Shown: positions 1-14,222 of the stretch, in pieces | Layout of the letters: every line of letters begins with the position of its first letter | Numbering within the stretch: the first letter of the stretch is position 1 | Assembly (NCBI RefSeq): GCF_964355755.1 | Contig: NC_092676.1 | Span: 17,316,871-17,380,870, forward strand | Source of the DNA: Antedon mediterranea | Lineage: Eukaryota; Animalia; Echinodermata | Direction: 5' to 3' | Length of the DNA: 64,000 bases | Position numbers and translations under genes: made by a program | The notes under the pieces: model-generated | What the model saw: the letters and a program-made list of their open reading frames with translations, nothing else | What the model was told of the DNA's origin: nothing | The model's database searches: none

Positions 1-3000
1 CTGGCTGCGCCCCTGATGCTATCACATATTCACACACACACAAAGAACACCGTCATATTATTTACATCAACATCAATATTGTCCTCTTTTATCCTAATTG
101 TCATCATTATTTTCATTATCAATGATTGAAAGACATTAGAGTAGGCCTATGTTACGTCATTGACGTCTAAGATCATCCCAACTATGATCATTATCATTAT
201 GCTATTTGATCGTGGCGTTATTATATGTTGCTTATTAACGTAATCATGACCTTATTATAATAATATTCATATATTCATTTTTCCATACTGTTATTTTTAT
301 TTCAATATATTATTTTGTTTCCTTCGTGGGACTCTTTAAACTCTTACACGTGCCCGGGGCGCAATTTATAAGATGACGTCACAGAATTCCAGTCGAGTTA
401 TTAATCACTGAGTCATGTACACAACAGAATGTACTACTCTCCAAAGAAGTAAATTCCCTAATGACAAGAGAATACGTTTTGTTGAATACACTAATTATCA
501 TTTTACATCTAGCGCAGTCTTCTCTATTCACAAATGTATAAACTCCACTGGCAAACGACGTTTAGTTTTCAACCTGGTCAGAAATCACCGCCAGACAGAG
601 AATGCGCGAAGTAATTCATGGACCGATACCATATGGCATATAAAATGAATATTAGCACTCGCTGTTTCGGCATACAGTAGGAATATAATATTCGCATTGG
701 ATGTTATTCTAGTCCTACAGCATAGGCTGTCATCTGTTTTCAACAGCACTCAGGCCAGCGGGCGGGATAATATATTTTCAATATCGCATCATTTGGGGTA
801 AGTTCATAATAATACGATTCTCGTGAGCGAATATATCTTCATTATATTCAGATGTATTTTCTATAGGTAGGACAGACCATCGCATTATTTTATTATGCAC
901 TAGAGTGAGATTCATTTATGTAGTATACGGGCATATAGCCGGTTACGTTAGATACATGGTGTTATCTCAACGTGCTTGCTTTGTGATATTTAACCATCAG
1001 TTATAATAAATGTATTTACAGATACAGATTTAATATTATGTACGTCAATCTGACGAGATACACGTGTTAAGCAACAGAAAAGCTTCCATAAAAACAAAAA
1101 TAAAGATATTTATTTATATTCTCAAAATTTAAATTACTACCGTAAATCATAACATTATGCAATATTACGTCGGTGTTAACTAATCACACATTTTTTTAAC
1201 ACATTATGTTTATTATCGGTGAAAATGCATACATGCAAGCTCTTCTTATGCATTATATAGCTGACACAGCACACGACCTTGCTGTATGCTATACGCCGAC
1301 GGTTCACTTACAACTCGTACATAGGCTAAGTATATGTATGTACTATTAGTATTATCTATCGTGTATTTATATTAAATATACAGGTATGCTAATATAATAT
1401 AATATATATTATCCTGATTTATATTTACCTTCTAGGTGTATACAGAATCCTCCTAACTATCGGTATGTTTTTGCTTTGACTCTCTGTGCCTATGGGCACT
1501 ACAAATGAATGAAAATAGAGCATTATTATAGATATTGATTTAAAAAAATTATAGTTATGTGTTTGAGTAAGCATGTGGTCAGAAACTATCACGATAGGCT
1601 GCCGTACCTCTTTTGCGACATCCGGGCAAGTTACTACTAAATTAGATCTACTTAAATACTTAATAAATAACAAAAATACTAATAACTAGGGCTACTGCTA
1701 AAAATTATATATAGTCATAATTATGATGGAACACTTTTAGAAAAATCTGCTGCGGTTAAAGGTAGGCTTACCTCAAAAGAATCGTATTAACTGTTTAAAT
1801 AAATGCATGTTAAAATTTTTAATAAACTGAGTGAGATACACACTGTAAGCCTACCAGTAAATATAAAGTAATGTTGTGTAAATATTAGTGTGCCCTTGGT
1901 TTAAAAACGTTTTAAATGCTTTATAAGAACACAGGATTGAAGACAAATCCAGGCTAAGAATAAGATTGAATCGTAGGAAGATTATGAAACAAAAAACTTG
2001 ACCTTCTTTTCAAAATAAAATTGTTTATATATTTATTATGGTAGGCCTATATAAGAGCTGGTACGAACACTTTATCGAGGCTTCAAGCAGCACAAAACGT
2101 AATAAAACAATAAGACCAATGAAAACAGGCCTACAGATTTATTATTACTATCGTCATTATTATTATCATATCCAGGAATCGAGGAATTAGTTTTATTGTT
2201 AGTTTTCAAACTGATTTATCAGGCATCCTAATCCATAAAATATAGTTACCTTTCACAATTTAATATAACTCATCTTCAAACTTAGATTGTTTACAGAATG
2301 GTTTCAGACTTTTAGATTAACTTTGAACTCTGACCTTTAAAGTCTTGCACTACCGTCAATATTTCACTGCGATATGATAGCTATGCATTTGAATAATATG
2401 TGAAGTAAGATTTAAACAGACTATTGTTAATTAGAAATCTGTAATTGTGTTTATTTGACATTAGAGCTACGAATAAATAGACTAGCTGGGCAGTGAATCC
2501 CCTTGCTAATTAGTTAGATATTTTGACCACTACCTTTATACATAGTGCGTACATGATCGGTGTGTTTGGCTTCACGCGGTGACGTAGGATAACGTGTAAT
2601 TAACATTTCTCCTGAAAAAAAAATTTACCTATCCTTGATTGGAATTTGCTGTACATTGTTCTTTATATTTAGTTATAGGGGTAACCTACATTTTATTCAC
2701 GATATTGCATGCAACATAAATGAATTTTAAAACTATGCTGATCTGAAATCCTATCTCCATGTTAGAAAATAAGAATGCACATTTGTAATATTCATTCGTA
2801 GTACCATGAAGGAAATATTGGTTATATACATATACAACACAAAAACTATAAATTAAATCTATACACATTTTTAACAACATTGTTTAATTTGCTTTATCCT
2901 TTGTTCGTGTTTAATAATATAGTAATAATAATAATAATAATTTATTTGAATATACTCTTTTACAGTGGCACACTTCGACTTGAAGGTTTGTTCTACAAAC

Positions 3001-3238
3001 CACATAGCAATTTGCTAACTTCAAATGTATAACAATAATAATAAAAATGTAATAATAATGACAACCAACAGTATACTGATAAGTCAAAACCCACCCTTCC
3101 CCATCCCCAATCTAACCTCTACAAATCGCCATTATATTGTTTAATAAACACACCAATGCATCATTGTTTCAACATGGAGTAGGGACACATCTTACAGTGC
3201 ACTTAAAGTTAAAGCAATTAGAACATATTACGTTATAA

Positions 3239-3647
3239 CAAAGAACTTATAACACAAGAATCTCCTGTTCGTCCGAAGCGCGTAACAATTTCGAAAGGCA
3301 TTGTGGGATAGAATAGAGCTATGGGTGGCGCCATTGTGAGCCATGGAGTAGGGCGCCCGCGTCAAATTAGAAAGTCAAAATCATAGAGGGGATCTGCTAA
3401 TGCTCTAGGGGGGATAGAGTAATTGACTGAGGAGTAGGGCGCCCGCATCAAATTAGAAAGTCAAAATCATAGAGGGGATCTGCTAATACTCTAGAGGGGT
3501 AGAGTAATTGACTTCCTAGTTTGGAGGGGGCGCTGCTCCATGCTGTGAAATGGCGTCGCCCAGTTTGACCTTTTAACCCTGTACTTCCGATACTGTGTTT
3601 TGAATGCAAATTGAAGAACAGGAGATTCTTGTGTTATAAGTTCTTTG
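3239..3647. mobile_element. 409-bp MITE with perfect 32-bp TIRs and a 7-bp TSD (P/Galileo-superfamily-like)
   Basis: TIR CAAAGAACTTATAACACAAGAATCTCCTGTTC at 3239 with its exact reverse complement ending at 3647. GTTATAA flanks both sides (3232-3238, 3648-3654). Internal ~85-bp tandem duplication (GGAGTAGGGCGCCCGC...AATTGACT x2). Confidence 0.9.
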
Positions 3648-4689
3648 GTTATAAGTAAACTTTTAGAGGCTAAAGACTAATTGTAATGATAACATGTTCC
3701 TAAATTCCTGTGGTTTCTTGTTTTTTAATCTTAACAGCTGAACAATTGGGTTTTTTTCTAGAGTCTGAACTATTTTTCGTCATTACGAGGGGCTCCTAGC
3801 CTACGTTCTTTCCCATTATATTTATCCTATATTTTGGATATTCGTTTTTAATAAGATTTTTGTACATTCCAAATATTTCCAATTGTCGATTTATATTTTA
3901 CTAATGCAATTAATACAAAATAACAAAATCAGTTCAATTGTGTTGTAGAAAGCCTGACCGGTGTGTTTCAATGGTAGCATTACACTTAAATGTTATTGCC
4001 CTGAACTTACGCCAACCTGATTTAATATCATTACATTAAAACAACATGTGTTCCTCGTTTTCTATTTCTGTGTGACATTTCTCACACATTTCAACATTAC
4101 AAAGTAAGAAGCCATTTCTGCAATTTATCTTACAAGCTAAAGTTCGGTTTACTCACTGTAAGTATTTAGTATATTTAAACAAAATGTAATTGTACAACGT
4201 CAGGATTATCTTCAATTCTTTGAATTAAAGATGACTTGGTCCCAACAATATAGAAAATAAAGGTTACTAAAATCAGTTAATCAAACAAAGTTAATCAATT
4301 CCGTAAGAAAAAAAAAATGTTTTCACTTATAAAATAAACAAACGGATAAATTCCACCAAACACATATTCACTGGCAGCCAATTTGACTACAGTATATGTT
4401 TGCTTTAAATTAGTTTTTTCAGATAAATTTTTTCTTCGATCCAATTATTGGTCAAAGTGAGTAGGCCTACTAACTATTAAACATTAACATCAACATAGCA
4501 TATTCAACAACAAAATTTAAAGAAAAAGCTGTTTTCAGAAGAACAATGTATCTTTAAATACTTTAGTTTCTTTTCTAACTTCCTAAATTGTACAAAGATA
4601 CAATATATCGGCCTATTAGGCCTATATCAGTGAAGAGTGAACCTTTCCCTGCTATATATTAGTCTTGTTTCAGTATATGCTCTTGTGTG

Positions 4690-5065
4690 TGTTATCTACT
4701 ACTGAGGTTGATTCTGGCTTGTTGTATTCTCTTGTTGTTGCTGTAGCTAATCTTGATGGTGATTCTGTTGAAGATTCTTTTAGTTTGTTATCTTTCAGGA
4801 AGTGTCTGTCTACAAGGAATAGGAATGTATGTCCAATTCTGGTGCTGTTAGTAGTCTTTTATGTATAAGGGTTAAGAAAGACCTATTGACTTATGCCTTT
4901 CCTCTGGTCAATGTGGGCACTGTACGAGAGAAACCCTTGATCAATGTTAGAACCGATCAAGGTGCTTTAAACAGTCCTGGATTTGTTTGTATCAAACCTG
5001 TTAGTGGCGGTAATTATCGCTGTTGGTTTCGATTGAATAAAATAAAATAAAATAAATAAAATAAA
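4690..5065 (+). mobile_element. 3' end remnant of a CR1/L2-group LINE
   Basis: Peptide NLDGDSVEDSFSLLSFRKCLST resembles the CR1/L2 ORF2 C-terminus. It is followed by a UTR-like stretch and an (AATAA)n tail at 5036-5065. Confidence 0.5.
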
Positions 5066-6699
5066 GAGTATTACCAATAGAATTAAACCATTTTTTGGAA
5101 GACTTCACAATTACACAATTAGTTTTCATTGTTGTCTTGAAAAAGAGATGGAAACAGTAATGTTATTGAAAGTTCCATATAAAATCCTTTTTCAGGTGGG
5201 CTTCTATTTTGATCAGTTTTAACTTTTAAGATTAGGTCGACTGACTGACAACTTGGATTGTGTTACACTAGTTATATCTATTTTATTTCATTTTAAATGA
5301 CGCAACATCATACATCATTTTGACCATTTCAAATTATTGAATTAGTTAGGGATTTTATATAGGCCTAAGGCAAACAATTGAACTTCAAGTGCTGTAGCGT
5401 AATATTACGGTATAATTACGTAATAGTGTAATCGAATATTTTCTAGCTGCTTAATTTGCATATAGTCTATTTGCATTTGTCATTAATGCAAATGTTAGAG
5501 AAGTAATATGATAAAGATTTTGTTATTATGCAGGTAGATGGTAGAATTATACTTCATTGGTAATACACTCTTGACACTCTGTAATTATTCACATGTAAGT
5601 TTACGTCAATTAAGTAACCCCATGAATTAACGTTGATCTGCAAAACACTTCTTAGATTTACACACCTGCTATTAACATTTGGTGTCTTTAGCGGTGCTTT
5701 AATTTGTAATCGAACTATTTTCCTAGTCTTCTCTCTCATCAACGAAGGTGCATCCAGCCTCCGGTGCACCCACTGACGTCATTATGTGCGCGTTCGTCTG
5801 TCTAGCATTGTCTATAGAGTAATTTCACTCCAATATTCCCTATGCATACTGTTTTACTTCTATGCCACATATACAAAAGTCAATAGTAAATAGCCCAAAG
5901 CCTGTTCTGGCAACACACCAACTACTGAGAGATGACATTCGATCTTTGCAATACAAAATCAACAATATCTACGTCATTGTGAGTACCATGTGTTTCATTC
6001 ACTGAAATTCAATGTATAGTCGTGAAATTGTAGCTGCATGGAAGTGCGTTGAGTATAATTTAATACACTGTCACAGGCCGTATAGTTGGACAGTGATCAG
6101 ATAGAAGAATATTCCTGGAATTAGACGTGAACCATTTTTGATCAATATTAATAAATCATAGTGTACGAAGTGATCAATGAATTCCATGCATCTTGGTGAC
6201 CTCCGACATTCTGTTTTTATATTCTTGATTGCGAGAATTCTTTATTAAAATTATGTGAACAAAATAATAGTCATGTTGGTTACATATTTTGATGGAAGGT
6301 TTCATAAATAACCCCCATCATAAACTTCAGTTGAACTAATCTAACTGTATCTTGAACCAACAGTGTTTCTTAAAAAATTACCTTCCTTGAATTAACTCCG
6401 GTACATATTTTAGTTCAATTGAACAGAGGTCTATTCATTAATACTAATGCCTAAAATTTTGAGGCTTAAAATTATTTTTTAAAAACATACAAAGTCATAT
6501 TCTTGAGAAGAGTGTGATTTCACTCTTCCCTGCTACTGACAGAAAATAAGATTCCCAAGACAGTCCAACAAATATATTATAAATGCGTGTTCTTTTCAAT
6601 TACTTTTAATACGATTGGACTACGAATAGATTCGTTCAAAACATAAATCCTAGCCTAAACAAGTAAAGGTAGGCCACTATAGAGGCTAGAGATGCACAA

Positions 6700-6915
6700 T
6701 TCTCCTCTACACGTGTAGTGTCCAGTTCTATACATTTCAGTCCATATGCTAATTGTCAACCTAAAAACGTCCAGTCCACTCCTTCTGTCAGTGAAACACC
6801 TTCCTTATCTTCCCAGTAAAAACAATATCAAACCTTTCTCTTTCTCGCCAAGTGCCCATATAAATTCAAGTTGCTAATGCCTTACTACCCTTAGAACACT
6901 ACCACAGGGTATAAT
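6700..6915 (-). mobile_element. Decayed RTE-type LINE C-terminal fragment
   Basis: Minus-strand translation QLEFI...EKGL...GR with frameshifts resembles the RTE ORF C-terminus. Confidence 0.35.
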
Positions 6916-9900
6916 CAAACTAAATAGATAAATGATCATCACTTAGTACATGTAGCAAATGAAATAACGATTTTCTGATATCTCAAATTATCCTAATAGT
7001 TTGTCAGTTAATTTGTGGACTATGCAACCAGCATCATAAACTGTATAGACATTAAAAAGATAGAATTGTAATGAAGTCTTTAAAAATCAATTCTATATAA
7101 ATGAAACTTCAAAGGTTAGGTTGTTAACCAAGACCAATTAACCTTATATATCTATAATACTGATTCTTCCAAATAATAACGAATAATCAATCAAAATGTT
7201 TACTCTTGGTTTATAGCAGGAGTTAATTTCTCCTAAAAAACAACATTTTCTTTTGATGTTTTTATGCTTTTTTGACTGAGCTGTCCTTTTCACGGCAACT
7301 CTTTATTTCAACAATTATTTCAGCTTGAAAAATAATCTGATATTTCTCAAATTGTCCCATTGTGCTATAGAGGTACATTATGGCATATGAATATGAATTC
7401 TGGAGTTCTGAATAAATGCTTTTATCATAATGTATGGTAGGCCTATAGTTAAAGAATATCAATATAGCCGACCTATTTTCTAAATGTAACTGAACCTAAC
7501 CCCCTAAATATTATCCTAACTAGTAAAGAAAAGTAAAGTAGCTCATTCATTCACACATCATCTAGACCTTCATCTGCTTCAGATCTTATCTCGTCTGCTA
7601 TCATTCTTCCTTGTTTATTTTGTCTAATCTTGTACTGTATATATTTTATTATGTTATGTTTAGAATTAGCGCTGATTGGTAGTCCCTCTTGCTATGCTAT
7701 TCTCCTGTTTCGTTCGTCTCTTGTTGGTGGGTGCGGCTTTCTTGCCAATTTAGACGTGTCTTTTTGGATACCTTGTGAAGTGTATGCATCGGATGGTTTC
7801 TGTGATCACAAGCGTTGCTTATACTGCCATTGTTTTGTCAATTATCATTTTTCTTCTATTCCATTTCTGATCTTTCCATAAAACACACCACGACTTTTGA
7901 TTAATTAATAACGCTACTGGTAATCGTTTGCCATCATGACGTCATTAACGATAACAAATTAAATATAGTACATAATTGGCCAAAAGAGTTCATTGATTAA
8001 TATTGTAATGTGTTAGTAGTGATTGTTTGTAGTGATACCGACATCCATTTGCCAATAATGAAACTATGAAAAAGCAATTACTTATTTGTAGTATAATGTA
8101 GGCCTAGTATAAAAGATAAGCAATCAAAAATTACCGGTAATACATAGGTAATACTATATTACGTCATGTTAACAAATAAGTACAGTCTCATAGAATAATT
8201 ATAGTTTATCCCTATTATTATGTAGTTTTCGATGATAAACACCACCATATTTGCCGTATGATATCCTTCGTTGAGGTCTAGTTTTAGATTTGTGACAAAA
8301 TAAGACTAGGACTTACGTAAATTATCCGTCTTAAATTATCAGTTATCATCTCCTAAAAAAATCGTGACGACCGTGCACCAGAAATAAAAATCCAATGTTG
8401 TCATCAAGACCTGAATCGACGACATGGCCTCCGAGTACTCGAAAATCGAAAGCTCCCAAATGTTAGACGCGACGAATAAAACATCATGTCGGATGTTTTT
8501 AAAACTATTCGAAATGTATTTCTTCAGTGGTAAACAATACTGTTTATTTCTACAAACAATTTTAAAAGAAATTGTAGATTTATTTTTGTATTAATTATTC
8601 TTGAGGTAAAGACATACCGTAGCCCCTTAGAATCTATATATAAATTTAAGTAATGGCATACCATGTAGTTAACTTACTGTTAGTGTTATCATAATCTGAT
8701 GTTAAACTACATACCGAAATAACCTTTAATAATAATAATTTGACCTTTGTAATTATGTGACACTTGGTTATGTCAGCACCACCCGTTAAGATTATATAAT
8801 TCTTGTTTAATGAGAAGATCGGTATTTTCTCGTTTAAAGGCCAGCTCCTGGGAAAAATGAATATTTAACTTGTCGTTCGTGATAAAACCACAAATGCATT
8901 CAGACGTTATAATAAGCCCACATTATCAATAAAGCTAGTCCTATTGTTGGGAAAACCAGGAACGAATAAATCCTGAGAATCAAAACTAACTAACAATGTT
9001 TGTAAAACTGAAAGAAAATATGAATCGTACTCTTGACAAATATTATAGGAATAATATTTTTCATTGCAAAAAAAAAAACAAATCCACAGAATGATTAATA
9101 TTTTAATCTCAACGAACAGCACAATTGTAAACTCATTCCCCATCGAAGAAATCTTTGTAGTGGAATATTTTAATCTAAGGTTCCCAACTGTGAAATGCGA
9201 GATATTTTTTAAAATTCCGTATAGACAAAACAGATACCAGTAATAAAAACTGAAATAATATGGTAGGCATATATTATGAATTACACTATGAACAATTTTA
9301 AACGCTGTGAAATTTTAATTTGAGGAATTGTTTTATGGATAGGCCTGCAATGTCAAGGAGTCGTCGAAGTATAGACATTAGCAATTACCAACCAGTTGTT
9401 CACATTAGACTGATTTTTCACATACATTATCCTTGTCTTGTTGTTGAAATTATTCTGAATTAAAAAATGCGTCGTCTTCTGCAATTTCGTTCACTCTACT
9501 ATGAGAGACTCACATCTTCATCTATACCATGGATAGGCTATATAATTACTTTATATCCATCACTTCATTTCGTCGTAGGCATGTGTTGTTCAATATAAGC
9601 CTACATTATTTGCGTAGGCCTAGATTCAAGATGATGTCGGTAAACTCATGGCTTCACTAATGGTAGAATGAAGCTAACTAGAAACCAACATTATTCATAT
9701 TGAACCTTATAAATACATTTATTTTATTATGTTTTTTATTTGGTTCCTTTGCCATCCCACTGGTACATATAGTGCCACTTTTGTGGTTGGTTTCCGTAAC
9801 AAAGTGACCGATGGGATGTAGTGGATCAGAGCCATCTAATAAGATGACCTGTCTACACTATCTAATTGTCTAAACTTTATGTGACAAAAAAAATGTGATG

Positions 9901-9938
9901 TGCCTTTTTTTTCAAACTATTTTGATAGTATAGACTGA

Positions 9939-10059
9939 TTTTTAGTCGCGTGCAATGCCACTCTACAGCTCACTATGTCGGTTGGTTAGTCGGTCGGTTG
10001 GTCGGTAAACACTAACTCAAATGTGAGCACGCGACTGCAGCCATGTATATGGCCTTGTT
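9939..10059 (+). mobile_element. Short DINE-1/Helentron-like (HINE) element, family 1 variant
   Basis: TTTTTAGTCGCGTG start, (GTCG/GTTG)n microsatellite, subterminal inverted CACGCGACT, 3' stem GCCATGTATATGGC, ends CTTGTT. Confidence 0.75.
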
Positions 10060-11226
10060 AGTTACACGAGCATTCTAGATTATGTACGATTTTTCACCAC
10101 CAGAACTAACTGTCAAAGAGAGCCTTGGACATGTGCCGATATAATGTGGCTGTTGTTTAAAACAACTGTCTTGGTCACTCGGCTCAACTAAACAATGTGT
10201 TTACATTATTAGATATTATTATGCAATTTTTTTTATGCAATATTGCCTTTTAACTGTATTTTGAGAGACTTCATTATAGATAATCATATTCATGCATTTT
10301 TCCCTTCGCATTAGTGTTGCTATTAAAACCAACATAAAACAGCAACATCATTATTCATAAATGCAAATGCTTAATGAGTGTAAATATTATTAATACGATT
10401 GAAATATTAATTTCAATAAATATTTTGAAATTGGTTTTCATTTCTGTTTAAAAGCTTCCATGGTGGCGCTATACCAAATTTGTAATGTATATAATAATGT
10501 TTTATAGATGCCTATTATTATTCATTTACTCGTCGGTTAAAACTGGGGCCTGTGGTTACAGTAGTCTCAGCGTCATTCCATGCCTGTTTGAAAATGAAAT
10601 GTTAGCGGATATGTGGAGAGATGAATATAAATTGGATGGTGAGACAAGCCCTTTAAAGGACATTTTTGTTTGAATGTGGAAGCCAAAAACATTTTTATTG
10701 TAAAAACATAATGTGACTGAAGTTGAATATGGCTTGAATTTGATATTGTGAATTAATTATATTTAAATCCAATGAAACATCGGGAATATCACAGGCTTTA
10801 TTATAACAGTTTTACCTTATGCCTTATGATAGAGTGAAATCGCTGGATGAGATGTATACGATTGTGTTTGGTATAAAATCATAATAAAAAGTAGGGGTGT
10901 AAATTTGCCATGCCCATGTTTAATTATACCCACACACAAATCACGTTATGTATGTTGTAAATCCTGGCTATTACAATTTTTAAATGCAAGTTAAATTTCA
11001 GAAAGTAGTCTTAGGTATTTACAAATTTACTCCTAACGGTAGGTTAAATAAACAGCGGAAATGTCGGTAAACTTGTCCAAAATGAATACTGTACTATATC
11101 CTGAGGTGTTTCTTCTCAACTACACGTCTGCTCCGCGTTTTGTGAAATGGTTATAAAAAAATAACGTAGATTCTATATTTTTGTTTTTTCCTTACCGTTA
11201 TCGCTAAATAAATAAATTGGCTTTAA

Positions 11227-13036
11227 AGCTTGGTTCCCACTAGAACGTAACGCAAGGACGTAAACGCAACGCAAGCGTGTTAACCAATGACAAGCGAAGT
11301 TATAGGCAGTTAAGCTTGGTTCCCACTAGAACGTAACGCAAGGACGTAAACGCAACGCAAGCGTTTTAACCAATGACAAGCGAAGTTATAGACAGTTAAG
11401 CGTGGTTCCCACCAGCGAAGCAACGCAAGGACGTAACGCAACGCAAGTGAATTGACCAATCACAAGCGATGGCTTATTCGCTTGTGATTGCTAACTGTCT
11501 ATAACTTCGCTTGTCATGCACCTCTCGAAGGCCTTTGATACAATTGATCACGATATTTTATTATATAAGTTACATACTTATGGAATCCGTGGCCCTGTAT
11601 ATAATTTATTCAAAAGCTACCTTTCAAACCGCAAGCAATGTACTAAATTTAAACACACCCTTTCTGATTTTCTTCCTATTATTTGTGGAGTCCCTCAAGG
11701 TTCCCTGCTTGGGCCTCTATTATTTTTATTATACATAAATGATATCCATAATGCCTCAAATATGTTTTCTTTTCTGTTGTATGCTGATGACACAACCCTT
11801 ATTTACACTGATAAAAATATAGATTCCCTTTTCAAAATATCAACCGAAAATCTACCCAAAATTTTAACATACTTTTCTGCAAACAAACTTTCTGTTAATC
11901 TAAAGAAGTGCTGTGGTATGGTGTTAAAAAATTCACAAATACCACTAAATACTAGTACTTTTAAACTAAAAATCAAAGATCAATTAATACCTATTGTTGA
12001 GAAAACTAAATTTCTTGGTGTTTATCTGGACTGTAAGCTAAATTGGAAACATCAGATTACTCAAGTCGAAAACAAAATATCCAAAAGTTCTGGTATTATA
12101 TATAGATTATCATCTTTCATCCCTCAAAACATACTCCGGATTCTTTACTGTTCACTAATCCTCCCTTACCTCACTTACTGTAATATTATTTGGGGTAATA
12201 CATACCCGTCCTACTTAAACAAACTGTTATTGATCCAAAAGAAAACCGTAAGATACATAGCAAATGCTCCTCCTTTATCCCATTCCAATCCTTTATTTTC
12301 TTCATTTGGTCTTCTTAAAATTCAGGATATTAACCATCTTCAACAAAGTGTTTTCCTCTATTCATGGCTAAACTCGATCCTGCCATCACACTTTGATGAT
12401 TTATTTAGTTTCAATCTTAATTTTCATAACCACAGTACTCGGAGCGCAAATCAAATACGTATTCCTTTTTTTTAAACTACTTCTTTTAAACATAGCATTA
12501 AGTTCACTGGTCCTAAACTTTGGGATAACGTACCAGTTATTATAAAAAGTGCTTTGTCTAAGAAGAGTTTTTCTTTTAAATTGAAACGGCACCTCTTATC
12601 TAGTTATGTTTAATTATCCTTTCACTCATTGTAGCTTTGATATTTAGTCTTTTCGGTACCCTGAATCTAAAAGTCTTCATTACTGTTTTTGTCCTGTTTC
12701 CGGTTCCCGTGTTGTCCTGTTTTTTTTTTTTTTTTTCTATGGGCTGCCTTATACAAGCTTTGCTTTTTAGGAATGTTGCCCCTCTTATTTTAATAATTTT
12801 TACTGTTAATTTTTATTTTCTATGAAAGACAAGAGAAATAAATGTTACTTTGATTGACTTTGATTGATTGATTGATTGATTGGTTAAAACGCTTGCGTTG
12901 CGTTTACGTCCTTGCGTTACGTTCTAGTGGGAACCAAGCTTTAGCAATCACAAGCGAATAAGCCATCGCTTGTGATTGGTTAATTCACTTGCGTTGCGTT
13001 ACGTCCTTGTGTTGCGTCGCTAGTGGGAACCACGCT
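11227..13036. mobile_element. Composite Harbinger/Tourist-like MITE (family A): self-nested dimer with duplicated left arm, interrupted by a LINE
   Basis: TAA on both outer flanks. 86-bp left arm occurs twice (11227-11312, 11313-11398). Inner opposite-orientation copy 11399-12940 has TTA on both sides. Right arm runs to 13036. Matches the monomer at 55662-55840. Confidence 0.9.
11518..12880 (+). mobile_element. 5'-truncated young CR1/L2-group (Crack/Daphne-like) LINE: RT C-terminal half, 3'UTR and microsatellite tail
   Basis: RT motifs LSKAFDTIDH, GVPQGSLLGPLLFLLYIND, YADDT, KFLGV. The frame continues past a single TAA at 12473-12475 to a probable native stop at 12611-12613 (GPKLWDNVP...FKLKRHLLSSYV). 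AATAAA near 12837, then a (GATT)n tail. Confidence 0.95.
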
Positions 13037-13854
13037 TAACTCTCTAAATAATCTCCCCGTGTTCCACAGTAACCCGTGTGGACAAAGTTGCACCGGCAGA
13101 CACACACTAAGTATAGGCAGTTTATTGTCGTGATACTGACGTGATTATTTAACCTATTTCTCGTCTCTCTTAACCTGAAAACGTGTCATATTAAGCCACT
13201 ATAAATGCATTCTTTATGGAACCACACAATAAATTAAACATAATTCTATAAACGATACTATACTGAAACAATAACTTTAATGTAATCAAAATATGACATA
13301 AGCAGGATAGGGACGTAACAGCCACATAGTTAGCAATATGCCGGAACAAACATACCAGAAGTAATATAAAATTCAATTGGAGTATTTAAGCTAGATCTAA
13401 ACTCAAATCAATATTAATCCGATGTTTTTCAATTTAGATTTATGTGACGTGTTTTTTTTTTCGATTAATTTGTTTAATAATAATAATATGTAAACAAAAA
13501 TCTAGGATAATATAATACGCAGTCAGTTGTGAGAAATGTTGTAAATTATTATGAATAATAAGATAATTTATAAATATTGTGATTTATTGTTAGAAATGCT
13601 GCATTATCAATCATCCATGTCGTTAAAAATTAATCATTACATATTGGTAAAGTAATTGAAAACAATGTTGTTTATTTATAATATTATAAAAGTGAACGAT
13701 GACGCAGAGAAATGTTATTGATAATCGGATTGTGAGATGACGATGTTGGTGCTGATAATGACGTAACTAATACATTATACATTTACCCTATAACATTAGA
13801 ATGAACTAACTTATTTTGTTTATAAACATTAATAAAAATTAATTATGACGCATT

Positions 13855-14222
13855 TATACTAGGGTAGGGTAGGATCGACGATAACTTGATATTATATGCA
13901 TTTTTCTTAGCATAAAAGAAAAGTGGGTTTTTTTTTCATCCATAGAATAATCATCTATGCTGCCTGTGATGAAAATAATATGTTCACACGTCCAATCAAA
14001 TCGTCATGATTAGTAAGAGCAATAATATCGTGACGATAAAACGATGTTATTGTTCTTATTGATATGGCGTCATTTGATTAGTTTAAAACAAATGTATTAT
14101 TATCGAAGACAGCTTAAAAATGGTTATCCTATAATTATTCTAGGATAAAAAGGTTTCTTCTTCTTTCTTTTTTTTTTTGTATTTATGTAAGTAAAGTAAT
14201 AAAGTTATATCGTCGATCGTTA
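13855..14222. mobile_element. Degenerate copy of Harbinger-like MITE family B
   Basis: GATCGACGATAA...TATCGTCGATCG ends, and internal TCCAATCAAAT...AGTAAGAGCAATAATATCGTG shared with 20552-20956. Confidence 0.7.

Noticed and set aside
11516-12475. Stand-alone or domesticated RT gene, or retron-like system flanked by structured repeats
   Set aside because: The ATG is created by the MITE/LINE junction. The RT lacks its N-terminal part, has a premature stop and ends in a LINE-type tail. The flanking hairpins are a MITE found elsewhere without the RT.
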